This document shows positions 1 through 8,796 of a stretch of DNA of 64,000 nucleotides, piece by piece. Both the position numbers and the translations under genes were made by a program. Below the pieces are notes generated by a model. The model worked only from the letters and a program-made list of their open reading frames with translations, made no database searches and was not told the origin of the DNA. This DNA is from Specibacter sp. (GTDB lineage: Bacteria; Actinomycetota; Actinomycetes; Actinomycetales; Micrococcaceae): positions 30,152-94,151 of the forward strand of contig JBKKBD010000212.1 of the NCBI GenBank assembly GCA_046714315.1, written 5' to 3'. How positions within the stretch are numbered: position 1 is the first letter of the stretch; every line of letters starts with the position of its first letter.

Positions 1-2
1 GG

Positions 3-59
3 CAGGATTTGCCTGCGGATGATCACCTATCTTCAAAGCATAAAGGACAGCAACCATGA
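3..59 (+). CDS. 3' end of an upstream gene (partial; possibly the acyltransferase or cmk neighbour of der)
   Basis: Open frame [18 protein letters not shown] whose TGA overlaps the der ATG (ATGA, 56-59). Identity is guessed from usual synteny only. Confidence 0.35.
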   Translation, partial: QDLPADDHLSSKHKGQQP

Positions 60-1612
60 GCGACCCCAAGTCAACCGCACCCTCCGGTGACGGTGAGTTT
101 GGTCACCCGGAATACGTACCCACGGGTACCGACCAGATCGCCGAGAAGTTGGCGGCCATCTCCGACGAGGACGCCGATGCGCGCGCGGCCGGCCTGCTTG
201 CTGGCCTAGCCAACTACGAGCTTGACGACGAGGACGCCGCACTGCTTTCAGGCGGGTTCGACGACGGCTCCAACTTTGACGCCCTGCGCCAGGACCCCGT
301 ACTTGCCATCGTGGGCCGCCCCAACGTGGGCAAGTCCACCCTGGTGAACCGTATCCTTGGCCGCCGCGAGGCTGTTGTCGAGGACACCCCGGGTGTTACC
401 CGTGACCGCGTTCAGTACACAGCCGACTGGAACGGCCGCAACTTCACCCTGGTTGACACCGGTGGTTGGGAGCGCGACGCCCGCGGACTTGACCTGCGCG
501 TGGCTGAACAGGCCGAGATCGCCGTGGAAATGGCCGACGCCGTATTGCTCGTTGTCGACGCCATCGTGGGCATCACCGCCTCCGATGAGGCCATTGTGCG
601 CATGCTCCGCAAGTCCAAGAAGCCTGTCATCCTGGTCGGAAACAAGATTGATGATCTGGTCCAAGAGGCTGACAACGCCATGCTGTGGGGCCTTGGCTTG
701 GGCGAACCGCTTCCGGTTTCGGCCGTGCACGGTCGTGGTGTTGCCGACATGCTGGACCATGTCATGGAAATTCTGCCCGAGTTCTCCGCCGTCGAAGGCA
801 TCGAGCGCACAGGTGGCCCGCGCCGCATCGCACTGTTGGGCCGTCCGAACGTGGGCAAGTCCTCGCTGCTGAACAAGCTGGCCGGCTCCGAGCGAGTTGT
901 CGTTGACAATGTTGCCGGCACCACGCGTGACCCCGTCGATGAGCTCATCGAATTGGGCGACCGTACCTGGCGCTTCGTTGACACGGCCGGTATTCGCCGT
1001 CGTCAGCACATGGCACAGGGCGCCGACTTCTATGCGTCACTGCGTACGCAGTCAGCCCTGGAAAAAGCGGAAGTTGCCGTTGTCCTGTTGGCCGTTGACG
1101 AGATCCTGAGCGAGCAAGATGTTCGCATCTTGCAGCTGGCCATCGAATCCGGTCGCGCCTTGGTGCTCGCGTTCAACAAGTGGGACTTGATGGACGATGA
1201 GCGTCGCAAGTACCTGGAACGCGAAATTGAGACAGATCTGGCCCACGTTAACTGGGCCCCGCGCGTGAACATCTCCGCCAAGACCGGTTGGCACAAGGAC
1301 AAGCTGGTTCCTGCCTTGGACCTGGCTCTTGAGAACTGGGATCGCCGCATCCCCACGGGCCGCCTGAACGCGTTCCTTGGTGAACTTGTCTCCGAGCACC
1401 CCCACCCCGTCCGTGGTGGCAAGCAGCCCCGTATTCTGTTCGGCACACAGGCTTCCAGCCGCCCGCCGAAGTTCGTCCTGTTCACCACAGGCTTCCTGGA
1501 TCCCGGGTACCGTCGCTTCATCACACGCCGTCTCCGCGAGACATTTGGCTTCGAGGGTACGCCCATCGAGGTCAGCATGCGCGTGCGTGAAAAGCGTAGC
1601 CGCAAGAAGTAA
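56..1612 (+). CDS. der: Ribosome biogenesis GTPase Der (EngA)
   Basis: Two GRPNVGKS P-loops, DTGG/DTAG, NKID/NKWD, C-terminal KH-like domain, acidic N-terminal extension; RBS AAGGA. Confidence 0.97.
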   Translation: MSDPKSTAPSGDGEFGHPEYVPTGTDQIAEKLAAISDEDADARAAGLLAGLANYELDDEDAALLSGGFDDGSNFDALRQDPVLAIVGRPNVGKSTLVNRILGRREAVVEDTPGVTRDRVQYTADWNGRNFTLVDTGGWERDARGLDLRVAEQAEIAVEMADAVLLVVDAIVGITASDEAIVRMLRKSKKPVILVGNKIDDLVQEADNAMLWGLGLGEPLPVSAVHGRGVADMLDHVMEILPEFSAVEGIERTGGPRRIALLGRPNVGKSSLLNKLAGSERVVVDNVAGTTRDPVDELIELGDRTWRFVDTAGIRRRQHMAQGADFYASLRTQSALEKAEVAVVLLAVDEILSEQDVRILQLAIESGRALVLAFNKWDLMDDERRKYLEREIETDLAHVNWAPRVNISAKTGWHKDKLVPALDLALENWDRRIPTGRLNAFLGELVSEHPHPVRGGKQPRILFGTQASSRPPKFVLFTTGFLDPGYRRFITRRLRETFGFEGTPIEVSMRVREKRSRKK

Positions 1613-1711
1613 CGCGGCTCACATCTGAATTGGTAAAGGTCATGATTTTTATGATGTAAACTTTTTCAGGTGGTTCAGCCACGGAAGATACTTTCCAAGG
1701 CTTGAACATTT

Positions 1712-1785
<74 letters not shown>

Positions 1786-1791
1786 CCGAAC

Positions 1792-1839
1792 AAAAACCGC
1801 TCAAACACTGGGAACATTCCAGAGTTTGAGCGGTTTTTT
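1792..1839 (+). terminator. Intrinsic terminator after tRNA-Pro (probably bidirectional, facing the convergent HAD gene)
   Basis: 15-bp stem AAAAACCGCTCAAAC/GTTTGAGCGGTTTTT, with A-run and T-run flanks. Confidence 0.85.
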
Positions 1840-1907
1840 GTTGCCCTTTTACAGCTGGCTGTGCAGGCACGCTGGCCGAGTCTGTCGAGACCCGCGTCTA
1901 CCAAACC

Positions 1908-2588
1908 TCAAGCGGTTCGTAGGGTGATCTGGATCCGACCGTCGGGGAGCACCGTGGCGCTCACGTCCGCGAGGCTGTTGACCACATGATCGGCGTCGAG
2001 CTCGCCAACCACGGTAGTTCCGGCCACGGCGAGGGTCAATGCCCCGGCTGCCCGGCCCGACGTCAGGCCTGCCGGCGCGTCCTCCACGACAAGGCAATTC
2101 TGAATGTCTGCGTTCAGCCGACTGGCGCCGAGCAAGAAGGGTTCGGGGTGGGGTTTACCGCGGGTCACCTGGTCGGCGGTGACTATGTGGGGCGGACCAG
2201 ATACGCCCGCGGCGGCCATCCGCGCGTCGGCCAGCCCGTGAGTGCAGGAGGTGACAATGGTCCACGTATCGTCCGGCAGTGACGCCAGCAAAGCCAAGGC
2301 CCCGTCCTTGGCGACCACGCCGTCGGTATCCGCCGTCTCGAGGGCCTTGATCAGTTCGAATGCCTCAGCTTGCCGTGCGGGCTCGATGGTCTGCTGCACG
2401 AGTGCCTGGGCTGGAACGCCGTGTGTCCCGTAACTGAAGTTCTCCAATCCCATGCGCTCGCCCCACGTACGCCACGCCCGTTCCGTTGCCGGCGTTGAAT
2501 CAATCAAGGTTCCGTCCAGATCGAACAAGATCGCGTTGACGGTGAACTGGCGGATGGCAGTGTCGGTGGAGGTTGGGATATGAGTCAT
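1908..2588 (-). CDS. HAD-IA family phosphatase (sugar-phosphatase-like)
   Basis: FDLDGTLIDS motif I, TIVTS motif II, GKPHPEPF, VVEDAPAG. Confidence 0.9.
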   Translation of the reverse strand: MTHIPTSTDTAIRQFTVNAILFDLDGTLIDSTPATERAWRTWGERMGLENFSYGTHGVPAQALVQQTIEPARQAEAFELIKALETADTDGVVAKDGALALLASLPDDTWTIVTSCTHGLADARMAAAGVSGPPHIVTADQVTRGKPHPEPFLLGASRLNADIQNCLVVEDAPAGLTSGRAAGALTLAVAGTTVVGELDADHVVNSLADVSATVLPDGRIQITLRTA

Positions 2589-2689
2589 GGCACAACCCTA
2601 GCGGTGTGTCGGGCGCTGATCTTGCGGCCCGGAAAATGTGGCGGCAGCTACTTTCACCGCTGAGGCTGGAAAAGCGTAGGCTCACAAGC

Positions 2690-3748
2690 ATGAAGGGGAA
2701 TGTGACGATCATAGGGGCTGGAATTGCGGGGTTGGCCACCGCGCGGGCACTGACCATGCGGGGGTGGGCGGTCGATGTGCGCGAGAGTGCCTTTGCGCCT
2801 CCTGCCTCCGGTACCGCGCTGGGCATGTGGTCGGAGGCTTTGAAGGCCCTTGACGCTATTGGTGTTGGTGACGCGGTGCGCCGCAGTGGGTCACGCATGG
2901 AGGCGTCTGCGGATACTGGGCTGAGGACGCCAGCGGGCCGAACTCTTGTCTCAATGTCCGGCGGCACCAATTTGTTGATGATTGCCCGTCCTCGACTGTT
3001 GGAAATACTGGCCGACGGCGTTGATGTCACCTTTGGCGCCGAAGTCAGCAATACCGGCGACTTCTCCGGTTCGGACGTTGTAGTTGGGGCCGATGGCACC
3101 TTCAGCAGGACCAGGTTGGCCCTTTTTGGCGAATCCTCCAACCCGCGATCTCTGGGAGTTGTTGCGTGGCGCGGAACGGTGGCAGGCGCCGTCGTTAGTC
3201 ACGGAGAAACGTGGGCACCCGGCGCAATGTTCGGGCTCACACCCGCCGGGCCGGATGCAACCAACTGGTACGCCTGCCTCAAGGCGGGCGGGAAGTTCGA
3301 GGCACCGCACCTCCAGCACTTGCGAGACCTCTTTGGCTCCTGGCGGACAGGCCCGGCCGAGGTGTTGCGCAACGTCAAGGAAGCTGACATCTTGCATCAT
3401 GAACTGTTTGAGCTGCCGCGGATGCCGTCCTACGTCAGCGGGCGCGTGGTCTTGGTGGGCGACGCGGCGCACTCGATGGGACCGTTCCTGGGGCGTGGAG
3501 CCTGTGAGGCGCTGGTCGACGGTGTAACGCTGGGGCGATGCCTTGGTGACGCCACATCGCTGGCGGAAGGGTTGGCCGCCTATGATCACGCCCGGAGGGC
3601 AAAGACGCAGCGTCTGATAGCGCTGTCGAGGTTGATGGGCCGGGCGGCCATGATGCCGCACGGTTTTCGGGAGCGCAATGCGGTTCTGGGAGCAGCAGGC
3701 TCGGTCATGCGTACCGCGGAGACTCTTAGGCGTGGCCTTCGACGTTGA
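2690..3748 (+). CDS. FAD-dependent monooxygenase (group A)
   Basis: GAGIAGL, GADG, GDAAH..P..G.GA motifs. Start moved to ATG 2690 (MKGNVTIIG), 7 nt after TAGGCT. Confidence 0.88.
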   Translation: MKGNVTIIGAGIAGLATARALTMRGWAVDVRESAFAPPASGTALGMWSEALKALDAIGVGDAVRRSGSRMEASADTGLRTPAGRTLVSMSGGTNLLMIARPRLLEILADGVDVTFGAEVSNTGDFSGSDVVVGADGTFSRTRLALFGESSNPRSLGVVAWRGTVAGAVVSHGETWAPGAMFGLTPAGPDATNWYACLKAGGKFEAPHLQHLRDLFGSWRTGPAEVLRNVKEADILHHELFELPRMPSYVSGRVVLVGDAAHSMGPFLGRGACEALVDGVTLGRCLGDATSLAEGLAAYDHARRAKTQRLIALSRLMGRAAMMPHGFRERNAVLGAAGSVMRTAETLRRGLRR

Positions 3749-3827
3749 GCGATGGCCGCCGCTGGCTGAAGAAGCGCATCACCAAGCCCCGCAAGGGAAG
3801 GCCTTAGGGGTAGTCATGGCCATTGCG

Positions 3828-4625
3828 TTAGCGAGCTGTCGTGGGGACAGCCCTAGGCGCAGAGTTGGCCTGGTGCAGTGTCACAAGAGCCCCCGCTGCG
3901 ATCAATCCTTGACCAACGGTGTAGCTCAGCATGACCATTCCGTTTGTCCAGTCGGGCATGAGCTCGAGAGCAAAGATTCTAAATGACAGAATCGTGTCGG
4001 AAGCAAGGAAGAAGATTCCGCCGGATATCACTAGGGCATTGCAACGGGTTGACAGAGCGGCTGTTCCGCCGAGAACCAGCCCGTAGAGGGCCACAGCTAT
4101 GGCGAGTCCCTCGGCTCGTGGCCACATGATGATCAGTAAGACCACCCACCAGCCAGCAAAGGCCAGGGCCCACCAAGATACTGTGCGGACAGTCAGATGC
4201 CGCCAAAAGAGTCGCATATAGCAAAGGTGGGCTATGCCAAAGAAAAGCAGCATCAGTGGCAGCGTGGGTGCAAAGGGGAACAAGGCGCCCGCGCCGTCGC
4301 CCAACCATGAGAAGAGCAACCCGGCCAGCAGCAAGAGCCATGGGCGTTTGGTGGGCTGTGGGCCTTTTGTTAGCCCACTAAGGTCCAGTTCAGGGGCTAA
4401 GACTCGCCAACATGCGTGAAGGACTGCCACAATCAACACTGGCATGAGCAACAATTTGGTGGGGTCTGCAAGCATGTCGTTGTCGGCAAAACGTGCGCCC
4501 ACATGGACAACACTTACCGCTGCGTACGGAATAAATCCCAGGGCGATTTGCCGGGCGTCTTTGGCCGGGATGTTGATCTCAGGTATCAAGACACTCCTTC
4601 TCGCCGTGCGGCTGGTGGATAGCAA
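3828..4625 (-). CDS. YhhN/TMEM86 family lysoplasmalogenase-like membrane protein
   Basis: TKLLLMP, FSWLGDG, FFGIAHLCY, FFLASDTIL, LSYTVGQGLI motifs. Start uncertain. Confidence 0.82.
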   Translation of the reverse strand: MLSTSRTARRSVLIPEINIPAKDARQIALGFIPYAAVSVVHVGARFADNDMLADPTKLLLMPVLIVAVLHACWRVLAPELDLSGLTKGPQPTKRPWLLLLAGLLFSWLGDGAGALFPFAPTLPLMLLFFGIAHLCYMRLFWRHLTVRTVSWWALAFAGWWVVLLIIMWPRAEGLAIAVALYGLVLGGTAALSTRCNALVISGGIFFLASDTILSFRIFALELMPDWTNGMVMLSYTVGQGLIAAGALVTLHQANSAPRAVPTTAR

Positions 4626-4676
4626 CTGGCCTCATTCTAGACTTGGCGGAACAACTAGGTAGTGGAGGAATATTCA

Positions 4677-5297
4677 ATGGAGAAATACGATCTCAAGCGG
4701 GCCCACAAGAAGCTGTACGCGCCCAATGCCAAAGATTTTTCACTGGACGATGTGCCCCCTTTTCACTATCTGGCGGTCGATGGACATGGTGATCCCAACA
4801 GCTCCATCGACTATGCCGAGGCAGTGACGGCTCTTTATTCGGTTTCATATGCAACGAAATTTGCGAGCAAAAAATCCCTGAATCGAGACTACGTTGTCGC
4901 ACCGTTGGAGGGACTGTGGTGGGCGGAGGACATGGCTGACTTCGTTTCCCGGAAGAAGGAGCGCTGGGACTGGACCATGATGATCTGCCAGCCGCAATGG
5001 ATCACTGCTGAACGAGTCGAAGAGTCGATTGCCACGGTTGCTGCGAAGCATGATCTGCCAGGGTTGGCGAGGCTGCGTCTTGAGGAGCTCGAGGAAGGAC
5101 TTTGCGTGCAAATTCTCCACATCGGTTCCTACGATGACGAGGCGCCTACCTTGGACCGGCTTCACAACACGTACATGCCGGCACATGGTCTTCAGTTCAA
5201 TGGCAAGCACCACGAGATCTATCTCAGCGATCCGCGCCGGACCGCACCTGAGAAACTGAAAACCATCCTGCGCCAACCGGTGCGAACGATCATCTAA
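4677..5297 (+). CDS. GyrI-like small-molecule-binding domain protein (Lin2189/YtkR7-like)
   Basis: DGHGDPN, LEGLWW, WTMMICQP, HIGSYDDE, HHEIYLSDPRR..PEKLKTILRQPV; RBS GGAGG before ATG 4677. Confidence 0.87.
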   Translation: MEKYDLKRAHKKLYAPNAKDFSLDDVPPFHYLAVDGHGDPNSSIDYAEAVTALYSVSYATKFASKKSLNRDYVVAPLEGLWWAEDMADFVSRKKERWDWTMMICQPQWITAERVEESIATVAAKHDLPGLARLRLEELEEGLCVQILHIGSYDDEAPTLDRLHNTYMPAHGLQFNGKHHEIYLSDPRRTAPEKLKTILRQPVRTII

Positions 5298-5325
5298 CGG
5301 TGCGGTCCAGCCGGGCAATCTGGTG

Positions 5326-7122
5326 CTAGCGCCTGACCTTGCGCGCAGATCCCGAGAGTTGGTGAGCATCGAGGGCAAACAAGTCAGTCGATCCAGCCGT
5401 TGCGGCACCCAGCAGGCTCGCGCATTGCGGCAGGATCTGTTGGGCGTGGAAATGGGCCAACACGAGTTGGTTTCGCGCCAGGTCCGCGTCGTCAGTTCCG
5501 GCAGCAGCTACGGCGGCCCGCGCCAGCATCCACGCACTGGTGCATAGCCCCCACATCCGGAGGTACGGCGTTGACCCGGATAGCACAGCGTTTGGATCCG
5601 CCTGTCCGGTACGGAGCATCCAGTTTGTGGCTTCCTCAAGGGCGTCGAACTGGCGGCCCAGCTCCTGACGGATACCGACAAATTCTGTGCCGGCGGCGTC
5701 AAGCTCACCTTCGATCTCACGCATGGTAGCGATGAACTCCAGGACTGAAGCGCCACCACGAAGTCCCAGTTTGCGGCCCACGAGGTCGGCAGCCTGGATG
5801 CCGTTGGTCCCTTCATAGATGGCTGCAATGCGCACATCCCGAACATGCTGGGCAGCCCCAGTTTCCTCGATGAAGCCCATCCCACCTTGGATCTGCAGAG
5901 CCAGCGAGGTTAGCTCGTTGCCCAGATCTGTTCCGTAGGATTTACAAATCGGGGTCAGGATTCCAACGATCTCGTCTGCCCGGGCCCGGACTGCAGGGTC
6001 CGGATCGTTGGTGCTCAGGTCCACGTACACGGCGTCGAGCAAGGTGAGGTATCGCAGGGCCGCAATGGAGGCCCGCTGGGTCATCAGCATGCGCCGAACA
6101 TCAGGGAAGTCAATGATGGGCGAGCTATTGCCGGTTGCACCGATTGCGAGGCCCTGCTGGCGGTCCTGCGCATAGGCCAGGGACTGCTGGTATGCGCGCT
6201 CAGCCACTGCCAGTCCTTGGACACCAACGCCGAGACGTGCGCTGTTCATCATGATAAACATGATGCGCATGCCCCGGTTTTCTTCACCGATCAGATATCC
6301 GGTGGCATTTTCATATGAAAGTACGCAGGTAGGGGAGGCGTGAATGCCCATCTTGTGTTCGAGTGAAACAGTCTCCACACCATTTCGCTCGCCCAAAGAG
6401 CCGTCGTCGTTGACGAGGAACTTCGGAACAATGAAACAGGATATGCCGCGAGTACCTTCGGGAGCGCCCGGAGTCCGCGCGAGAACCAGGTGCACAATTT
6501 GTTCGGCCATGTCGTGATCGCCGTAGGTGATAAAGATTTTCTGCCCTGTGATGGCGTAGCTGCCGTCGTCGTTCTTCACCGCCCGGGTAGTCAAGGCGCC
6601 AACGTCCGAGCCCGCTTGCGGCTCCGTGAGGTTCATGGTGCCGGTCCACTCGCCGCTGACCATCTGGGGCAGGTAGCGCTGTTTCAAATCGTCGTTACCG
6701 TAGTGCAACAGTGCCTCAATGGCACCTTGTGTCAACAGTGGGCACAGCGAGAATGCCATGTTGGCGCTGGTCATGAGCTCCTGGATCACCAAGCCCACAG
6801 TGCGGGGGAAGCCGCCTCCGCCAAACTCTTCCGGCAGCGGCACCGATCCCCAACCGGCCTCCACATACTGTTGGTACACCTCCTTGAAGCCCTCCGGTGT
6901 CACCACAGTTCCGTCGGCTTGGAGCCGGGATCCCTGGACGTCGCCTTGGCGGTTCGTCGGGGCTACCGCCTCTGTCATGAACTCACCGCATTGCTCAAGG
7001 AGTTCGACGACGGTCTCGAGGTCGGCGTGTTCGAAGCCTGGCAGTTTGGCAATGTCCGGGTATCCCACAACATGCTCAAGGGCGAAGGCGATGTCTGCAA
7101 TTGGCGGCTGGTATTCGTTCAT
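5326..7122 (-). CDS. Acyl-CoA dehydrogenase (long, FadE5/DmdC-like family)
   Basis: TMNLTEPQAGSDVG, GQKIFIT, EHKMGIHASPT, IYEGTNGIQA, with an extra C-terminal domain. Confidence 0.93.
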   Translation of the reverse strand: MNEYQPPIADIAFALEHVVGYPDIAKLPGFEHADLETVVELLEQCGEFMTEAVAPTNRQGDVQGSRLQADGTVVTPEGFKEVYQQYVEAGWGSVPLPEEFGGGGFPRTVGLVIQELMTSANMAFSLCPLLTQGAIEALLHYGNDDLKQRYLPQMVSGEWTGTMNLTEPQAGSDVGALTTRAVKNDDGSYAITGQKIFITYGDHDMAEQIVHLVLARTPGAPEGTRGISCFIVPKFLVNDDGSLGERNGVETVSLEHKMGIHASPTCVLSYENATGYLIGEENRGMRIMFIMMNSARLGVGVQGLAVAERAYQQSLAYAQDRQQGLAIGATGNSSPIIDFPDVRRMLMTQRASIAALRYLTLLDAVYVDLSTNDPDPAVRARADEIVGILTPICKSYGTDLGNELTSLALQIQGGMGFIEETGAAQHVRDVRIAAIYEGTNGIQAADLVGRKLGLRGGASVLEFIATMREIEGELDAAGTEFVGIRQELGRQFDALEEATNWMLRTGQADPNAVLSGSTPYLRMWGLCTSAWMLARAAVAAAGTDDADLARNQLVLAHFHAQQILPQCASLLGAATAGSTDLFALDAHQLSGSARKVRR

Positions 7123-7166
7123 GATCGTCAGCGTACCCTCGAGTAACTTGTTTGTCGCGGAAATGG

Positions 7167-7182
7167 GTTACTTGTGAGTAAT
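7167..7182. promoter_or_regulatory. Palindromic operator GTTACT-N4-AGTAA(T) upstream of the acyl-CoA dehydrogenase
   Basis: GTTACTtgtgAGTAAT; a perfect version lies upstream of fadD (23478-23493). Confidence 0.65.
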
Positions 7183-7197
7183 GTTGCGTGGATCACA
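7182..7197. promoter_or_regulatory. CRP/GlxR-like site
   Basis: TGTTG-cgtgga-TCACA versus consensus TGTGA-N6-TCACA. Confidence 0.45.
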
Positions 7198-7403
7198 CGG
7201 ATTTGATGCGTCAGAAGTGTGAAGTGAGGCTCATTGCGCGCTTCTGGTGCAAGTGATTGGCCCGGTGGCAGGTAATGTTCTTGGTAGCCAATGCGCTCTT
7301 CTCAGAGTTAGCTGCGGTTAGGCCCGTACGAGTATCTCGCCGATGCTCTGCGGGTCGTCTTATGTTTAAAGAGTCTTTCCAAAATGCTCGACGGCGGCTC
7401 CGT

Positions 7404-7799
7404 CTAGAGAGTCATGTTGCCTTGGGTAAGCGTGCCAACCCAGAATCCCAGGGCTGCGGCGCCTACGCTGGCAGCAAGTGTGCCAAGGGCGTTGGCGAAC
7501 GAGGCGGCGTAGCGCTTCTCACTGAGGAGGCGCAGTGTTTCGTAGCTGTTGGTGCTGAAGGTCGTGTAGCCGCCCAGAAACCCCGTGCCCAGAATGAGTG
7601 CCCATTCCCTTGGGACCACGTTTCCAGCTGCCAGGGCAGTCAAAAGGCCCAGTGCCAGGGAGCCGGAGACATTGATGGTGAACGTTGCCCAGGGAAACAC
7701 CGTCTGGAAACGCCGGCCTATGGCGCCATCCAGCAGGAAGCGGGCAATGGCACCGAGCCCGCCGGCCAGGGCCATGGCGATGAAAACAAAGGGAGTCAT
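7404..7799 (-). CDS. crcB: Fluoride channel Fluc/CrcB, subunit 2
   Basis: GGLGAIAR, TINVSGS, GTGFLGGYTTFST. Confidence 0.93.
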   Translation of the reverse strand: MTPFVFIAMALAGGLGAIARFLLDGAIGRRFQTVFPWATFTINVSGSLALGLLTALAAGNVVPREWALILGTGFLGGYTTFSTNSYETLRLLSEKRYAASFANALGTLAASVGAAALGFWVGTLTQGNMTL

Positions 7800-8290
7800 G
7801 AACGTCCGCCGTCCTGTGATCGTGCTGGGGCTGTACGGCTTGCTGGCTCAGAAATAACCCGGCGGCTACCCAAAGCCATGCCCGCCCACGTGGCCAGGCC
7901 GCCAACCAGCACCGTCCCAAGGCCATAAAGCACCGCCGACCCCAGGCCCTGGGTAGCAGATCCGGACAGTGAAACCATCCCCACGGCAAGCGTGCTGTAG
8001 GTGGTGAAGCCGCCACAAAATCCCGTTCCCAGGAGGAGCTGGAGCCGCCGCCTCCGAGGCAGCGCCGGGGTATCGGAAGGATCATGCCGTGGCGGATGCA
8101 GGACCGCCACCCGGGCAAGCGATGAAAGCAACAGCCCGAGCACAAAAGCACCAACAACATTGGCCAACACGATCGCCCAGGGAATGCCACCGGCGTCGGA
8201 AATGGCCAGAACCAGACCCTCACGCGCCGCGGCACCAAGTGAGCCACCAATCCCTATGAGAACCAGGGAATGAAGGAGGTGGGGCTTCAC
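7796..8290 (-). CDS. crcB: Fluoride channel Fluc/CrcB, subunit 1
   Basis: GGSLGAAAR, ANVVGAF, GTGFCGGFTTYST; 4-nt overlaps with both neighbours. Confidence 0.9.
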   Translation of the reverse strand: MKPHLLHSLVLIGIGGSLGAAAREGLVLAISDAGGIPWAIVLANVVGAFVLGLLLSSLARVAVLHPPRHDPSDTPALPRRRRLQLLLGTGFCGGFTTYSTLAVGMVSLSGSATQGLGSAVLYGLGTVLVGGLATWAGMALGSRRVISEPASRTAPARSQDGGRS

Positions 8291-8787
8291 AAACGCTCCT
8301 CGGCAACAGCTCCACCAAAGGTAGGCACAACGAGCACAGGGCAGCTGGCCAGCCGGGTTAGGTGGGCAGCGACCGAGAGGCGAAAGAGCTCGCGCAACGG
8401 CGTGCGGGCGTCGCCATGGGTGCCGACCACGATCATGGTTGCGCCTGTGATTTGGGCGCAGCGCGCCAAAGCCCGGGCCGGATCACCGGCTAACAATGCG
8501 GTGCGCCATTGAACCGGGATCGAGCCCAGCCGCAACTCCAACTCTGCAGCGAGCTCGGCCGGGAAGGAGGCTTCCTCGGCGTCCATGAAGTCCGGGTCTA
8601 CCGACTCGGAGACGACAGTTCCATCGGCTTTCTCTTCGACCGGAAAACGCGCCGGGTTCGAATAGGCGCAAATGAGCGGGCAGTTAAGGGCAGAAGCGAG
8701 CCGGGCGGCTTCAAGAACGACGCCGGCTGGCTGGCCCGGGTGGACACCAACCAGCACGCAGGGCTGCTTCGGCGACGGCTGTGGCAT
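8287..8787 (-). CDS. Universal stress protein (USP)
   Basis: VLVGVHPGQ, GDPARAL, MIVVGTHG, CPVLVVP. Confidence 0.88.
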   Translation of the reverse strand: MPQPSPKQPCVLVGVHPGQPAGVVLEAARLASALNCPLICAYSNPARFPVEEKADGTVVSESVDPDFMDAEEASFPAELAAELELRLGSIPVQWRTALLAGDPARALARCAQITGATMIVVGTHGDARTPLRELFRLSVAAHLTRLASCPVLVVPTFGGAVAEERL

Positions 8788-8796
8788 TGTGCGCCC

